A stretch of DNA of 64,000 nt from a virus: UHGV virus genome UHGV-0033546. The stretch is one strand, 5' to 3'. Below, in pieces: positions 18,546 to 28,786 of the stretch. Both the position numbers and the translations under genes were made by a program. Each line of letters starts with the position of its first letter. Positions within the stretch are counted from its first letter, which is position 1. Below the pieces are notes generated by a model. It was not told the DNA's origin. It made no database searches and saw nothing but the letters and a program-made list of their open reading frames with translations.

Positions 18546-19232
18546 TTAAAAATCATGGGTAGAATCAGCTTCAAGAGCTACTACATAATTCGCGTGTTCA
18601 CCTTCAAATTTAGCAGCACCTTGTTTACCTTTTGCCCAGAGCAGAAGTTTATAATTTCCTGGTTGCATTTTCATATTTGCCATATTGATAATGAAATTAA
18701 ATGTATTTTCACCATCATAATCACCAAGATTCAAAGAATATTTAACACGGGTCAGAGCAGAATCTTCTACTTTATTAAAACCGTTAATTACGATTTTACC
18801 TTCTTTTACCGTGATAGCAATTGTATCAATTTGCAGACCACGAGATACACGCAACAGTTGTTGAAGGTCTTCAGCTTTAATTTCAGTAACAACAGATGCT
18901 ACCGGGAATGGAATTGGTTTATTAGGAGCAACTACTGTACTCGGATCGGCTGCTGGCCAAAAAATTGTTGAACGAGCATCAGCAATTTTAATATTTCCAT
19001 CTTCTGATTGGGAAATTTCTGCATCATCATTAACTAGGGACAGAATACCGAGAAAACCGTTCAAATCGTAAATTGCTACATCAAAATCAATAGTGTCAGA
19101 AATATTTGCTTCCGCATAAGTTGTACCATTAACTGCGCGAGTCATAATAAATTGACCAGATTTAAGCATAATACCGGAGTTAATAGTAGCGAAATTTTTC
19201 AAAATATTCAGTGTGTCTTTAGATAATTTCAT
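18546..19232 (-). CDS. 45: sliding clamp gp45
   Basis: 228 aa nearly identical to recalled T4 gp45. Confidence 0.95.
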   Translation of the reverse strand: MKLSKDTLNILKNFATINSGIMLKSGQFIMTRAVNGTTYAEANISDTIDFDVAIYDLNGFLGILSLVNDDAEISQSEDGNIKIADARSTIFWPAADPSTVVAPNKPIPFPVASVVTEIKAEDLQQLLRVSRGLQIDTIAITVKEGKIVINGFNKVEDSALTRVKYSLNLGDYDGENTFNFIINMANMKMQPGNYKLLLWAKGKQGAAKFEGEHANYVVALEADSTHDF

Positions 19233-20116
19233 TTCAATTTCCTATTTACATAATAGTTAGACCAGGACCGTACAGCACCCTGATAAGATTCGTCGTTAAA
19301 CCCATTAGCTACTGCAATTTTACGAAATTTATTATAACTCGGTTTTCCGTAAGCATGCCATAAAGATTTTAATTCATCTTCATGTTCAATCCAAGTTCCT
19401 CTAGCTTTAGATTTTCTAAATTTTGATTTGAATTCCGGTGAATTATTTCTAACAGTTGCTTGAATTGAAGCTCTCTGTCTTCTTTCAGCATTATTCCATA
19501 ACTCTTTTTGAGATTTAGAAATTTTTGATTTTACACTTTCTGAATTCATTATATCACTAAACTTTTTAGCATAACTGCAATCAAGATATTTCAATTTCAT
19601 CTTATTTGAAAGTTTAAGCTTTTTCTCATCGGTCCAGTGATTCTTCATTGAATTAGATATTTTGTATTTTACGTCAGAACTATGTTTGTAACCTTTACGA
19701 ATACCAACATAATCGGGCGTAATTTCAGATTGCGAAAGCTTTACAATTTTTCCAGTTAAAACATTTTTATATGTTCCATATCCTTTAGCGCCAATTAAAG
19801 TATTTTCATCTGCGTATGCTTTATTAAAATATTTTATATTACTTTTTGCTTTAACTTTTAATTGAAAAAATCTTTCCAATTTTCTTGGATCTAATATAGT
19901 TTCAGCTAAAATTTTGACGGTATATTTAGTGGTTTTAATAAGCTCAAAATATTCATCGCTATAACTCGATGACACGCTTCCAGTATAAATCTTTCCAGCT
20001 GAATCAATTATATTTGTTCCATCGAAAATTGCGTCAATTTTCGAACCTATATAATAACATGGAAAAATATTTTTAGCTTCCCGCTCTGGAAAGCTAATAA
20101 GATATACTAAATTCAT
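19229..20116 (-). CDS. putative GIY-YIG homing endonuclease with NUMOD-like repeats
   Basis: 295 aa; VYLISF...YYIGS; basic KxS repeats; between rpbA and 45. Confidence 0.55.
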   Translation of the reverse strand: MNLVYLISFPEREAKNIFPCYYIGSKIDAIFDGTNIIDSAGKIYTGSVSSSYSDEYFELIKTTKYTVKILAETILDPRKLERFFQLKVKAKSNIKYFNKAYADENTLIGAKGYGTYKNVLTGKIVKLSQSEITPDYVGIRKGYKHSSDVKYKISNSMKNHWTDEKKLKLSNKMKLKYLDCSYAKKFSDIMNSESVKSKISKSQKELWNNAERRQRASIQATVRNNSPEFKSKFRKSKARGTWIEHEDELKSLWHAYGKPSYNKFRKIAVANGFNDESYQGAVRSWSNYYVNRKLK

Positions 20117-20502
20117 TTATTAAAATCAGCCGCAATTGTTTCTGCAACAATTTGAGCAGCGACAATTAGACGTTCATCTGCATTACCACAATAATCATCT
20201 TCAAGGCGTTCACCACATGAAGTCATAATAAATTTAGCACCGGCGTTTAAAGATTCTGTCGTATGTTTGCGCATTAGTTCAATCCATTTATTACTTACTT
20301 CACGATCGATAGCTTCATAATACGCATAACGAGCAGGTGCAGATTTAATTTTATCCTGAATAATTTCCATTGCGTTTTCAGAAAGAGACAAAACCCATGC
20401 TCGACGAATTTTATTTTGGTTTTGTGGATTTGAATCAGAACGCACGTGTTTTGGCTGAATATCTTTTACATCAACAGTATAATTCACAGTAATTTTAGTC
20501 AT
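20113..20502 (-). CDS. rpbA: RNA polymerase-binding protein RpbA-like
   Basis: 129 aa; size and position between 46 and 45 as T4 rpbA; sequence not verified. Confidence 0.55.
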   Translation of the reverse strand: MTKITVNYTVDVKDIQPKHVRSDSNPQNQNKIRRAWVLSLSENAMEIIQDKIKSAPARYAYYEAIDREVSNKWIELMRKHTTESLNAGAKFIMTSCGERLEDDYCGNADERLIVAAQIVAETIAADFNK

Positions 20503-20511
20503 AATACACCT

Positions 20512-20700
20512 TTAGTCATAATAATCAGTAACAGTCCAAGCTTCATTTCTGTTGGACATTATTTTCATATATTCTGCTTTAAATGCATTCTTAAGCATAG
20601 ATTCAGTAACTATATGCTCTTCATTAGAAAAATTATTTCTCAGAATATATCGTTTTATTTCAGGAATAGTTAATAGATGCTGTCCAGTTGAATATTCCAT
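20512..20700 (-). CDS. hypothetical protein
   Basis: 62-aa ORF(-). Confidence 0.45.
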   Translation of the reverse strand: MEYSTGQHLLTIPEIKRYILRNNFSNEEHIVTESMLKNAFKAEYMKIMSNRNEAWTVTDYYD

Positions 20701-20755
20701 GTTTTTCCTCCATAGAGATTATACTCTAATAAATTAAAGCATAATCTCTTGTAAA

Positions 20756-22438
20756 TTAAACCATTACAGTAAATCGACCAACTTTCTTCATCTGAAGATG
20801 CTGACCATATTCTTGCGGGTCATGGTCTTTATGTGAAATTATAAAAACATTAGTGTTTTTCATTGAATTTATAATATTAGCTACACCTTTAATACCTTCA
20901 GCATCAAATGACCCGTCAAACACTTCATCGAGTATTAATGTACTAATACTAACACCAGATACAATAGAAGCAATATCACGCCAAGTAAATAAAAGAGCAA
21001 TATCAATTCGCGCTTTTTCACCTTCACTAAATGAAGCATAACTAAAATCTTCACGACCACGGGATTTAATTGTTTCATTAAATTCTTCATCTAATGTAAA
21101 CACATAATCCGCTTCCATTATTTTAAGATAATGGTTAATCTGCTTATTAAATAATGGAATGTACTTTTTAATAATAGCACCTTTAATACCAGAATCTTTG
21201 AGCATATCAGTCAAAATTCCTCTGTGGTATTTTTCCATTACTAAATTAGTTTTTGTTTTAACAATTTTATCAAGTTCTTCTTGAAGCAGTGCTATTTCAT
21301 CAGCATGGTCAATAAACTCGGATGATGCTTTTTCGATAGCCGCTTTAACTTTTTTAGCTTTATCTACTGTGGTGATTAAAGACTGCTTTTTATTGCGAAT
21401 ATCATTTGCCAACGTCTGTTGGGTTTTAATATTATCTCGGTATTCATCAACGAGAACTTTTAAATTATCACGATGTGTTGAAAGCTGTTCAAACGAATGT
21501 GTGCATTCAGAAACTTTATCTTTAATTTTAGAAACAACTTTATCACCGGAACTTAATTGTGACAAACAGGTTGGACATAATCCACCTTCGTGATACATAT
21601 TAATGACTTTATTATACGAGTCAATTTTTGATTTAATTAAAAATGCTTCTTGACCGATTTTATTAAATGCATCAGTCGGGTCTTCATCCAAAACAATATT
21701 AACTAATCTTTCATTAGCTTCTTCTATTTCCGATTTTAGTGTTCTAGCTTCTTTTGCCAAATCATCATACATATTCTGTAGACGAGTAAGATTATCACCA
21801 GTTAATTTTTTCTGGCGTTCAACATTATCGTTATATATTTTAATTTGTTGGATAATACTGTCTTTTTTAACATCAAGCACTTGGTTCTGCGAATTTAATT
21901 CACGTATTAGTGCTTTATTAAGCTTATCCATTTCAGCTAATGTTCCTACCTCAAGCAGGTCTTCCACAAGCTTTCTTCGCGCAGGGGTCGACAAACCCAT
22001 GAAAGGGGTATACCCTGCTGTACCAAGGACAACAATCTGCTTGAAACTGGCATATGACATTCCGATAAGCTGTTCAAATTCTGCTTGGAAATCTTTACTG
22101 CTGGCAGATTCATTAAGACGTGTACCGTTAACGGTGATTTCGAAAACGTTTGGTTTTTGTCCTCTTTTGATATAGTACTTTTTCTCATCATATTCCATCC
22201 ACAATTCAACTAAAAGTTCTTTCTTATTTGTGCTGTTTATTAATTGGCCTTTCTTTACATCACGAAATGGCTTGCCAAAAAGCCCAAATGTGATGGCTTC
22301 TAACATAGTAGACTTACCACCGCCATTTCGTCCAGTAATAAGAGTTTTTTGAACCTTATCTAATTGAATGTCAACTCCATTTTGACCAACTGACATTATA
22401 TTTTTATATTTTACTCTATTAAGTTTAAATGATTTCAT
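20756..22438 (-). CDS. 46: recombination endonuclease subunit gp46 (Rad50/SbcC-like)
   Basis: 560 aa; Walker A GRNGGGKST, coiled coil with CPTC zinc hook, signature/D-loop. Confidence 0.9.
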   Translation of the reverse strand: MKSFKLNRVKYKNIMSVGQNGVDIQLDKVQKTLITGRNGGGKSTMLEAITFGLFGKPFRDVKKGQLINSTNKKELLVELWMEYDEKKYYIKRGQKPNVFEITVNGTRLNESASSKDFQAEFEQLIGMSYASFKQIVVLGTAGYTPFMGLSTPARRKLVEDLLEVGTLAEMDKLNKALIRELNSQNQVLDVKKDSIIQQIKIYNDNVERQKKLTGDNLTRLQNMYDDLAKEARTLKSEIEEANERLVNIVLDEDPTDAFNKIGQEAFLIKSKIDSYNKVINMYHEGGLCPTCLSQLSSGDKVVSKIKDKVSECTHSFEQLSTHRDNLKVLVDEYRDNIKTQQTLANDIRNKKQSLITTVDKAKKVKAAIEKASSEFIDHADEIALLQEELDKIVKTKTNLVMEKYHRGILTDMLKDSGIKGAIIKKYIPLFNKQINHYLKIMEADYVFTLDEEFNETIKSRGREDFSYASFSEGEKARIDIALLFTWRDIASIVSGVSISTLILDEVFDGSFDAEGIKGVANIINSMKNTNVFIISHKDHDPQEYGQHLQMKKVGRFTVMV

Positions 22439-22453
22439 TTTGTATCCAATTGT

Positions 22454-23308
22454 TCACAATGAAGAAAATTCTTTAACTAAAGCCTGTAATGAAGCCTCTA
22501 TTGGATATCCATTCTTAACTAACATTTTCCTAAACATCACATGTTTAGGACGATTATATGATATCCACAATTCATACAATTTATCTTTATTATCCCAATG
22601 ATAGCCTTTTCGTCGAGATGCTATATGAGCTTTTCTAATCTCCGGATTTTTCCAACTAGCAGCTACTGAATTTAATATAGCTATTTTATATTCAGGTTTT
22701 GATAAAGCAGCACGAACAGCCTTTTGGTGTTTAATTTTATTTTCTTCGTTATTAAACCATTCCCTTGAAGCCATTGAAATTTTTTGTTTTGTTTTAAAAT
22801 TATTTAATCTTTCTTTGTTATCTTTCCTATTTTTTGCTACTGAAAAATATTTTAATGCCCTTTCTCTAGCAACATTTCTATTTTGTGGATTTGAATAATA
22901 CTGTTGAAGCCTTTTTGATATTGTGTCACTTACATCCTGTCTTATAAAACTATATTCAGCAGCTATTAAATCAACTTCGGCTAAAGATAAATTTTTATAT
23001 GTTTTTCCTGACATCATTCTATTTAAAGCATTTAGCATTTTTCCATTTTTACCTTTTGCTAATAAGAAATGTGCTTTGAAATGATTAAAATGACTTAAAT
23101 TAACTAAATTCCATGTAGATTTTAAATATTCAGGAAATATTGATTTAGGAAGCACGTGGTGTGCTTCCGTTTTACCTGGAGTTTTAACAGTTGAATTCAT
23201 AGAAATAAAATTAATATAAGACTTGGCGTCTTCTTCACTCAACGCTAATTTTTCAACTAATTCCTTTATTAAAAATTCATCATTAATATCAAGTTTAAAA
23301 TTCTTCAC
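22454..23308 (-). CDS. free-standing HNH homing endonuclease
   Basis: 284 aa; HNH core EAHHVLPKS...NLVNLSHFNHFKAH; NUMOD-like repeats. Confidence 0.7.
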   Translation of the reverse strand: MKNFKLDINDEFLIKELVEKLALSEEDAKSYINFISMNSTVKTPGKTEAHHVLPKSIFPEYLKSTWNLVNLSHFNHFKAHFLLAKGKNGKMLNALNRMMSGKTYKNLSLAEVDLIAAEYSFIRQDVSDTISKRLQQYYSNPQNRNVARERALKYFSVAKNRKDNKERLNNFKTKQKISMASREWFNNEENKIKHQKAVRAALSKPEYKIAILNSVAASWKNPEIRKAHIASRRKGYHWDNKDKLYELWISYNRPKHVMFRKMLVKNGYPIEASLQALVKEFSSL

Positions 23309-23520
23309 AAAAGATTCCTTTTAATGTATCTTTTAGACCATTCTATCATATCATCATAATCTAAAAAGTATTCATCAAATTCAGCCATGCAAACAACACC
23401 TTGTGCTGCTTTTGATGTGATATAAATTATTCCAACATATCTAGAATCTTCTTCGGTGTAATCAATATTTGCTATGAATTCATCATTAATGTCAAATGTC
23501 GAAAACTTCACAGTATGCAT
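23305..23520 (-). CDS. hypothetical protein
   Basis: 71 aa from ATG 23520 (AAGGA SD). Confidence 0.45.
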   Translation of the reverse strand: MHTVKFSTFDINDEFIANIDYTEEDSRYVGIIYITSKAAQGVVCMAEFDEYFLDYDDMIEWSKRYIKRNLL

Positions 23521-23755
23521 CCTTAATACAAGATATGGCTGTATCTTGTATTGATTTAGGTGTGTCATTATCTAAAATGTTGAAGTTAAAAGATACAGCC
23601 CAGTCAGTGCAGACCGTAACCTTTTTAATACAGTTATCTTCAACTTCTAGTGGTTCAAACCAGTATTCAATAATTTCTTTATGACCAATATCATCTTTTA
23701 CTTCGCATTCAAAATGCTGACTCATCATAACATTTTTAAATTCATCAAAAGTCAT
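23492..23755 (-). CDS. hypothetical protein
   Basis: 87-aa ORF(-) coupled to gene 47 stop. Confidence 0.45.
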   Translation of the reverse strand: MTFDEFKNVMMSQHFECEVKDDIGHKEIIEYWFEPLEVEDNCIKKVTVCTDWAVSFNFNILDNDTPKSIQDTAISCIKDAYCEVFDI

Positions 23756-24771
23756 TGTGTTGCCTCTACATATAACTGATTTGCATATTGAATAAGTGCT
23801 TCGCGATCAGAATCAGTGATGTCTGGAATTGCATTAATGTATTCTTCCATCAATGTCTGGAGAGATTGAACTTCAACTTCTTCACTATCATCTGACTCGA
23901 CAGAGTTATCAATCTTTGACACAACTCGTAACGAATGCACAACTTTTTCTAGTTCGGATTCGAACTTCGTTAGATTTTTGTCTACTTCAGTTACTATAAC
24001 ACGTACTGATAGATTTGTAAAATCTTTATAGTCAATTTTCCCCTTAAATGGATATTGAATTCGACGATGCCAGGTGGTGTTGTTTGGAATAAATTCCATT
24101 CGTTCTGTTTCTGTATCAAACATCCAGAACCCGCGAGGGTCATTCTCGTCACCTGCAGTTAGTGTCCATGGTGTCCCAATATATCTGACGTTAGCAGCCT
24201 CAGAGATAGTATGGAAGTGACCAGACCACACCTCTTTATAAGTCTTAAGGAAATCAGGTTCAAGACCGTGAGATTTCATTCCTTTATAAAAATAAAATCC
24301 ATTCAGTTCCCAGTGACCGACACAAAAAGAAGCAGATGAAGTTTTGATATGCTCAAGAATTTCACCAGTATTTTCTTCGCACATCCAGGGAATTAAATCA
24401 ATCAAACATCCGTCAAAATCTACTGTGGTAGGCTTATCATATACTTTAACATTAGGATATTTAGCCAAAAGCTCAGTAGAAGCATTTGGATGCATTACAT
24501 TTTTGTAGTGGAGATCGTGATTTCCTACAATAGTATGTAGGGTAATACCAGCATCATCAAGCATTTGAACTATTTCACGAGCGAACTCCATAGTTTTATG
24601 TGTGATTGCTTTTCGCACATCAAAAATATCGCCATATTGAATCCATGTAGTAATTCCATTTTTCTTAGAATATTCTATCGCTTGTTTAATTCCATCAATT
24701 TGAATACCGCGAATCCACTCATCATCAGCTTTAACACCTAAATGCCAATCACCTAAATTTAAAATTTTCAT
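23752..24771 (-). CDS. 47: recombination endonuclease subunit gp47 (Mre11/SbcD-like)
   Basis: 339 aa; calcineurin-like phosphoesterase motifs (GDWHLG, GNHDL). Confidence 0.9.
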   Translation of the reverse strand: MKILNLGDWHLGVKADDEWIRGIQIDGIKQAIEYSKKNGITTWIQYGDIFDVRKAITHKTMEFAREIVQMLDDAGITLHTIVGNHDLHYKNVMHPNASTELLAKYPNVKVYDKPTTVDFDGCLIDLIPWMCEENTGEILEHIKTSSASFCVGHWELNGFYFYKGMKSHGLEPDFLKTYKEVWSGHFHTISEAANVRYIGTPWTLTAGDENDPRGFWMFDTETERMEFIPNNTTWHRRIQYPFKGKIDYKDFTNLSVRVIVTEVDKNLTKFESELEKVVHSLRVVSKIDNSVESDDSEEVEVQSLQTLMEEYINAIPDITDSDREALIQYANQLYVEATQ

Positions 24772-24931
24772 ATGTCAAGAACCGTCATTGAAATGCAAAA
24801 TAAAATTATTGAAATAAACCCATCTGGTGTGCTAAAGAACCCAATCCAACATGCTCTAGTGAATAAATAAAACGCGAGAAAAAGTATCACATATCCAAGA
24901 AATATCATTATATCAAACTCCGTATAAAGCT

Positions 24932-24949
24932 AAAGGGCCGAAGCCCTTT
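24932..24949 (-). terminator. CUUCGG-tetraloop hairpin overlapping alpha-gt stop
   Basis: AAAGGGC-UUCG-GCCCUUU on minus strand. Confidence 0.5.
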
Positions 24950-26150
24950 ATTTTGTAATAATGTCAAACTGTTCTTTAAAGCAGAAGCTTGAATCTTGAT
25001 GCTGATACAAAAATTCATAAGCTTTTTCTCGCTCACGGTCATAAAGAGCTCGGTCAGATGACAGTTCTTTAATACGCTCGAATGTCGATTCCATGTCATT
25101 TTCGTCAAACCAAACGATACCGCTATCATGAGAAATTAACGGAGTATTATCAACACGGAATTTTAAATTTTCGCCAGTAGATTTCCAAAATACCGGAATT
25201 GTTCCACACGCTCCAAGCTCGAGATGAGTATATTCTAAAGAACGTTGTAGATATTTTTTGTCCAACTTACTCAACTGATAACCAAAACCGGATTTACTCA
25301 TGCGTTCAAGCATTTCGCTATTTACATAACGATCAAGAATTTGCGTTGGCAAATTAGGAGCAATTTTAATTTGGTCTACTTGATGAAGACGATAATACTC
25401 GTATGGAATTCCTTTTTCTTTAATAGGAATGAACGCTGGAGAACGTTCCAGACCTTCCATAATAGTACTTAGCCCAGCAGGTTTAAGATGTTTTTCGTGG
25501 AAATCAAACATCTGATAAAAACCTTTCCATGTAGTCGTACGACCAATCCAACGATTGACATTCATGTTAATTTTAGAAACATCTTTCCAGTAGGTTGATC
25601 GAACCTTCGCAATATCCATAGGAGGCTGAAAGTTGTATACAGTCGGTGCTTCTTCAATATCATCAAACAGAGAAACCGTTTCTGGATACCATTCTTTCAT
25701 CAAAACTTTATTAAAATCGCCATTATCAGAATGACTAAAAATAACATCAGCTCGACGAACAGTTTCTTCTAATCCCAAATTTCGACGCAAAGAAAGAGAA
25801 GAATGGTCATGTTGATAAACTACAACACGAACCGAAGGTTTAATGTTATCAATAATTTTTTTATAGTTATTAATAGTGTCTTCTTCGACTGAAGTAGCAG
25901 GAACTGAATTGATAATTAGAATATCACAATCATTTACCAGCTTAAGCGTTTTATCATATTCTTTTGCCAATAAAACCGGAATTGAAAATGATTTATAATC
26001 ATGTGCGCAATTACGAGTAAATGATTTATCTTTAGCATAAACCAAAGTTACTTCATGACCATTTTTAATAAACCAATCACGTTGCTCGAGAGAAAATTTA
26101 GTTACACCACAACCTTCAAGACCCCGAGCCATAAAAATACATACTTTCAT
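24948..26150 (-). CDS. a-gt: DNA alpha-glucosyltransferase
   Basis: 400 aa nearly identical to recalled T4 alpha-gt. Confidence 0.9.
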   Translation of the reverse strand: MKVCIFMARGLEGCGVTKFSLEQRDWFIKNGHEVTLVYAKDKSFTRNCAHDYKSFSIPVLLAKEYDKTLKLVNDCDILIINSVPATSVEEDTINNYKKIIDNIKPSVRVVVYQHDHSSLSLRRNLGLEETVRRADVIFSHSDNGDFNKVLMKEWYPETVSLFDDIEEAPTVYNFQPPMDIAKVRSTYWKDVSKINMNVNRWIGRTTTWKGFYQMFDFHEKHLKPAGLSTIMEGLERSPAFIPIKEKGIPYEYYRLHQVDQIKIAPNLPTQILDRYVNSEMLERMSKSGFGYQLSKLDKKYLQRSLEYTHLELGACGTIPVFWKSTGENLKFRVDNTPLISHDSGIVWFDENDMESTFERIKELSSDRALYDREREKAYEFLYQHQDSSFCFKEQFDIITK

Positions 26151-26200
26151 TTAATATCCTCATTGTTTTGGTTTATTTTACCAAAAATTTATAAAGCAAT

Positions 26201-26220
26201 ATAGGAGCCGAAGCTCCTAT
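26201..26220 (-). terminator. CUUCGG-tetraloop hairpin
   Basis: AUAGGAGC-UUCG-GCUCCUAU on minus strand upstream of alpha-gt. Confidence 0.45.
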
Positions 26221-26390
26221 CCACATAATACACCATACAGAGGCTCATTAGAGCTTCTAAATTTTATACGCTTATATGTTATAGTTCCTTCTGCTTTAGC
26301 TTTATCATGAGACTCTTTAAAGCGTCTCATCATTTCTACTTTAGAGGAACGAATTTTATTATAATCTATTTCACAAGTCTGGGCGTTCAT
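26217..26390 (-). CDS. hypothetical small protein (57 aa)
   Basis: ORF(-) below 60-aa cut-off; stop inside hairpin. Confidence 0.3.
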   Translation of the reverse strand: MNAQTCEIDYNKIRSSKVEMMRRFKESHDKAKAEGTITYKRIKFRSSNEPLYGVLCG

Positions 26391-26393
26391 CTT

Positions 26394-26600
26394 TCACAGC
26401 TGCCACCATTTTTTGACTTGATAAGAATCAACCCACACTTTCATATTAGGGTCTGCTCTTACAATAGGAGGATTAACTTCTTTAATTGAACTATCATGGT
26501 ATTCTTTTTCAGAAATTTTCACACAAAGATGACCGTTCAAAGATTCAGTAAATCCTGCATTAATTTTAAGACGCTTGAATTTTACGTGTGTAAGCATCAA
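26394..26600 (-). CDS. hypothetical protein
   Basis: 68-aa ORF(-). Confidence 0.45.
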   Translation of the reverse strand: MMLTHVKFKRLKINAGFTESLNGHLCVKISEKEYHDSSIKEVNPPIVRADPNMKVWVDSYQVKKWWQL

Positions 26601-26883
26601 TCATATCCTCAATCTGCGATCTAGTAGTCTTCCAAAGAATACTAATGAGTTCATCGTTATATGGCTGTTTTAGAATATCCCGACTTTTCTTGATAGCATA
26701 TTCGTATTGAGCAAAATTATTATTTTCAGCTGCGATCTGAGCGTGCTTATAAAGACGGTTCAGTTCGCGTTTGTTTTTAGACAATAACTTATTTGCTTTT
26801 CTTTCTGCTTCAAGACGGTTCTTTTCTTCAATAGAAGAAATAAGCTTTTCCACTTCATCATTAATTTCGGGTTTATCAGTCAT
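26566..26883 (-). CDS. hypothetical protein
   Basis: 105-aa ORF(-), predicted helical. Confidence 0.5.
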   Translation of the reverse strand: MTDKPEINDEVEKLISSIEEKNRLEAERKANKLLSKNKRELNRLYKHAQIAAENNNFAQYEYAIKKSRDILKQPYNDELISILWKTTRSQIEDMIDAYTRKIQAS

Positions 26884-26884
26884 A

Positions 26885-27103
26885 TTATTTCTCTAATATA
26901 AAATAAAAATCATCATCTGTTAAATGATACCGATAGTTTAATTCTACACCATTAGATTTAAAAGCGGTATCATACGGATTTTCTGGGTCAATATCAATGT
27001 CAAGAGCTAAAACTTCCCTGAGATACATTTTAAGTAAATAGGGAATAGCTTCAACTTCAGGTATTTCTTCCAAGAATCCGGAGAGGTTAATCGTTAGCCT
27101 CAT
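26885..27103 (-). CDS. hypothetical protein
   Basis: 72-aa ORF(-). Confidence 0.5.
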
Positions 27104-27650
27104 ATAAAAAATCCAAACTAGGAGAATCGTCTACAACACTTTTCTTTTCAGCCCCCGGTGTTCTATAGGTTGATTCTTCGTAATGCGTCATTTTATCGTA
27201 GATGTCTTGAATAAAAGTTTCATCTACTAACGCAACCATATCGTCGTCACGACTGTCATAGACATTGTGAACGAAGTAACTATATTTCTTTGCAACTTCC
27301 TTACGTTCTTTTTTAATACGTTGGACGAATGCATTAAAACAAGCTTGAGTTATATATGCATGTGGGTTTTTATATTTCGTTTCATCAAAATTATGAAGTC
27401 CCTTAATAGAAGCTTCTATACCATCTGCAATCATTTCTTGTTTCCAAGATTGGGTGTATCCTGAAAAGTTGAAACGTTTAGATAAGCCTTCTGCAATAAG
27501 CATAATGGCTAATCCAATAGTATCATTCTGACGAACTACTTTATTTGGGTCTTTATTATTTGCTAATTCTGTTTTCCAATCAATAATAGCTTGTAAAAGC
27601 TCTTTATTGTTTACGTAATTATATTTAGGCTTAGTTTCTGACATTTTCAC
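27087..27650 (-). CDS. 55: late sigma factor gp55
   Basis: 187 aa matching recalled T4 gp55. Confidence 0.9.
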
Positions 27651-27722
27651 CTCTTAGCTCAATTCATAGATCTATTATATCATAATATTTGAAGATCTAT
27701 CTTAAAGCATAGAGGATATCAG

Positions 27723-27992
27723 TTATCTAAGTAAACAGTATGCTTGGAACACTTTCTCCATCATCTTTTTAAATTCATGAATATCTATGTAATGACTAGT
27801 TAAATCAGCATGATATAAAAAGTCTAAAAACTTTTCATGTGTGCTAACATATTCACTTTCATTTAATTCAGAAACATGACTTTCCCAATATCCAACACCA
27901 GTCTTATTTGGGAAAAATGAAATTTTCATGTATTGATCAACATAGAAAATGCCATAATTTTCAATAGTAATAGAAATATTAATAAATTTCAT
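27723..27992 (-). CDS. hypothetical protein
   Basis: 89-aa ORF(-). Confidence 0.5.
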   Translation of the reverse strand: MKFINISITIENYGIFYVDQYMKISFFPNKTGVGYWESHVSELNESEYVSTHEKFLDFLYHADLTSHYIDIHEFKKMMEKVFQAYCLLR

Positions 27993-28210
27993 GCATTCAT
28001 CAACTTAGCCGCTTCAAGAGCTGCATCTAGTGAATCAAATTGGTCAACGTATTCAATCAATTCGCCATAATTAGCGTATAACCACCATTGACTAAATTCA
28101 TACTCAAGGATGAATCCGTTTCCTTCAATTTGAGTTAAACCAATGCCATTTGTATTTACTTCATATCCGGCAAGACGCAAATCGTTAATAAGAGCTTCGT
28201 TCATATTCAT
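27989..28210 (-). CDS. hypothetical protein
   Basis: 73-aa ORF(-), coupled. Confidence 0.5.
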   Translation of the reverse strand: MNMNEALINDLRLAGYEVNTNGIGLTQIEGNGFILEYEFSQWWLYANYGELIEYVDQFDSLDAALEAAKLMNA

Positions 28211-28533
28211 ACCTTAGCAATTTTCAGGTCAGCAAATTTTTTCTTGCGTTGATTTTTCATACGACGAATAGTTTTATCGGAAATTTCATGCTTTTGATAA
28301 GCTTTAGATTCTACGCCAAAAGCTTTAACATCAAATTCTGACAAGATATATTGAACCAACAATTCACGGACAGTATTTCGTCCAATCTTCTGATCATTCT
28401 GTTTCATCGTCTGATGAAGCTCTTTTTCCCATTTATCCAAAATTTGAGGAGTTACAATATCGCCTTTTTCTAGCAAAGAAACTACTTTATCATATGCGTA
28501 AGAATTGATGGCGTTTTTAATTTGAATAGTCAT
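28207..28533 (-). CDS. hypothetical protein
   Basis: 108-aa ORF(-). Confidence 0.5.
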   Translation of the reverse strand: MTIQIKNAINSYAYDKVVSLLEKGDIVTPQILDKWEKELHQTMKQNDQKIGRNTVRELLVQYILSEFDVKAFGVESKAYQKHEISDKTIRRMKNQRKKKFADLKIAKV

Positions 28534-28568
28534 ACATTATCCTCAATTACATTAAAATTTTATTATCC

Positions 28569-28587
28569 AAAAAGGGCCGAAGCCCTT
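28569..28587 (-). terminator. intrinsic terminator (CUUCGG hairpin + T-run)
   Basis: AAGGGC-UUCG-GCCCUU followed by T5 on minus strand. Confidence 0.55.
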
Positions 28588-28786
28588 AACTAAACTGTTT
28601 GGCACCCTTCCAGCCTTCATACATCATTGCGGCTGATATTAATATTGCTCCTGAGCAACTTGAATATTTGTGATTCCAAAACCAATTTAGAAAAACTTCG
28701 TCATCAATACCTTGGGCTATCATATTTTCAAAGAACTGACGACGAGCTTCAGCAATTCGTTGCGATAATTTAGATTCAGGATTCAT
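28586..28786 (-). CDS. hypothetical protein
   Basis: 66-aa ORF(-). Confidence 0.45.
   Translation of the reverse strand: MNPESKLSQRIAEARRQFFENMIAQGIDDEVFLNWFWNHKYSSCSGAILISAAMMYEGWKGAKQFS

Noticed and set aside
18555-18971. Plus-strand 138-aa ORF antisense to gene 45
   Set aside because: Overlaps the sliding clamp gene, which matches T4 gp45 almost exactly.
21946-22209. Minus-strand 87-aa ORF nested in gene 46
   Set aside because: Alternative frame inside the Rad50-like gene.
24908-25129. Minus-strand 73-aa ORF overlapping the 3' end of alpha-gt in another frame
   Set aside because: Nested in the alpha-gt reading frame region; alpha-gt identity is strong.
16571-28590. Recurrent GGGCCGAAGCCC-type sequences considered as a possible CRISPR-like or repeat array
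   Set aside because: They are isolated intergenic inverted repeats (CUUCGG tetraloop hairpins typical of T4), not regularly spaced direct repeats with spacers.
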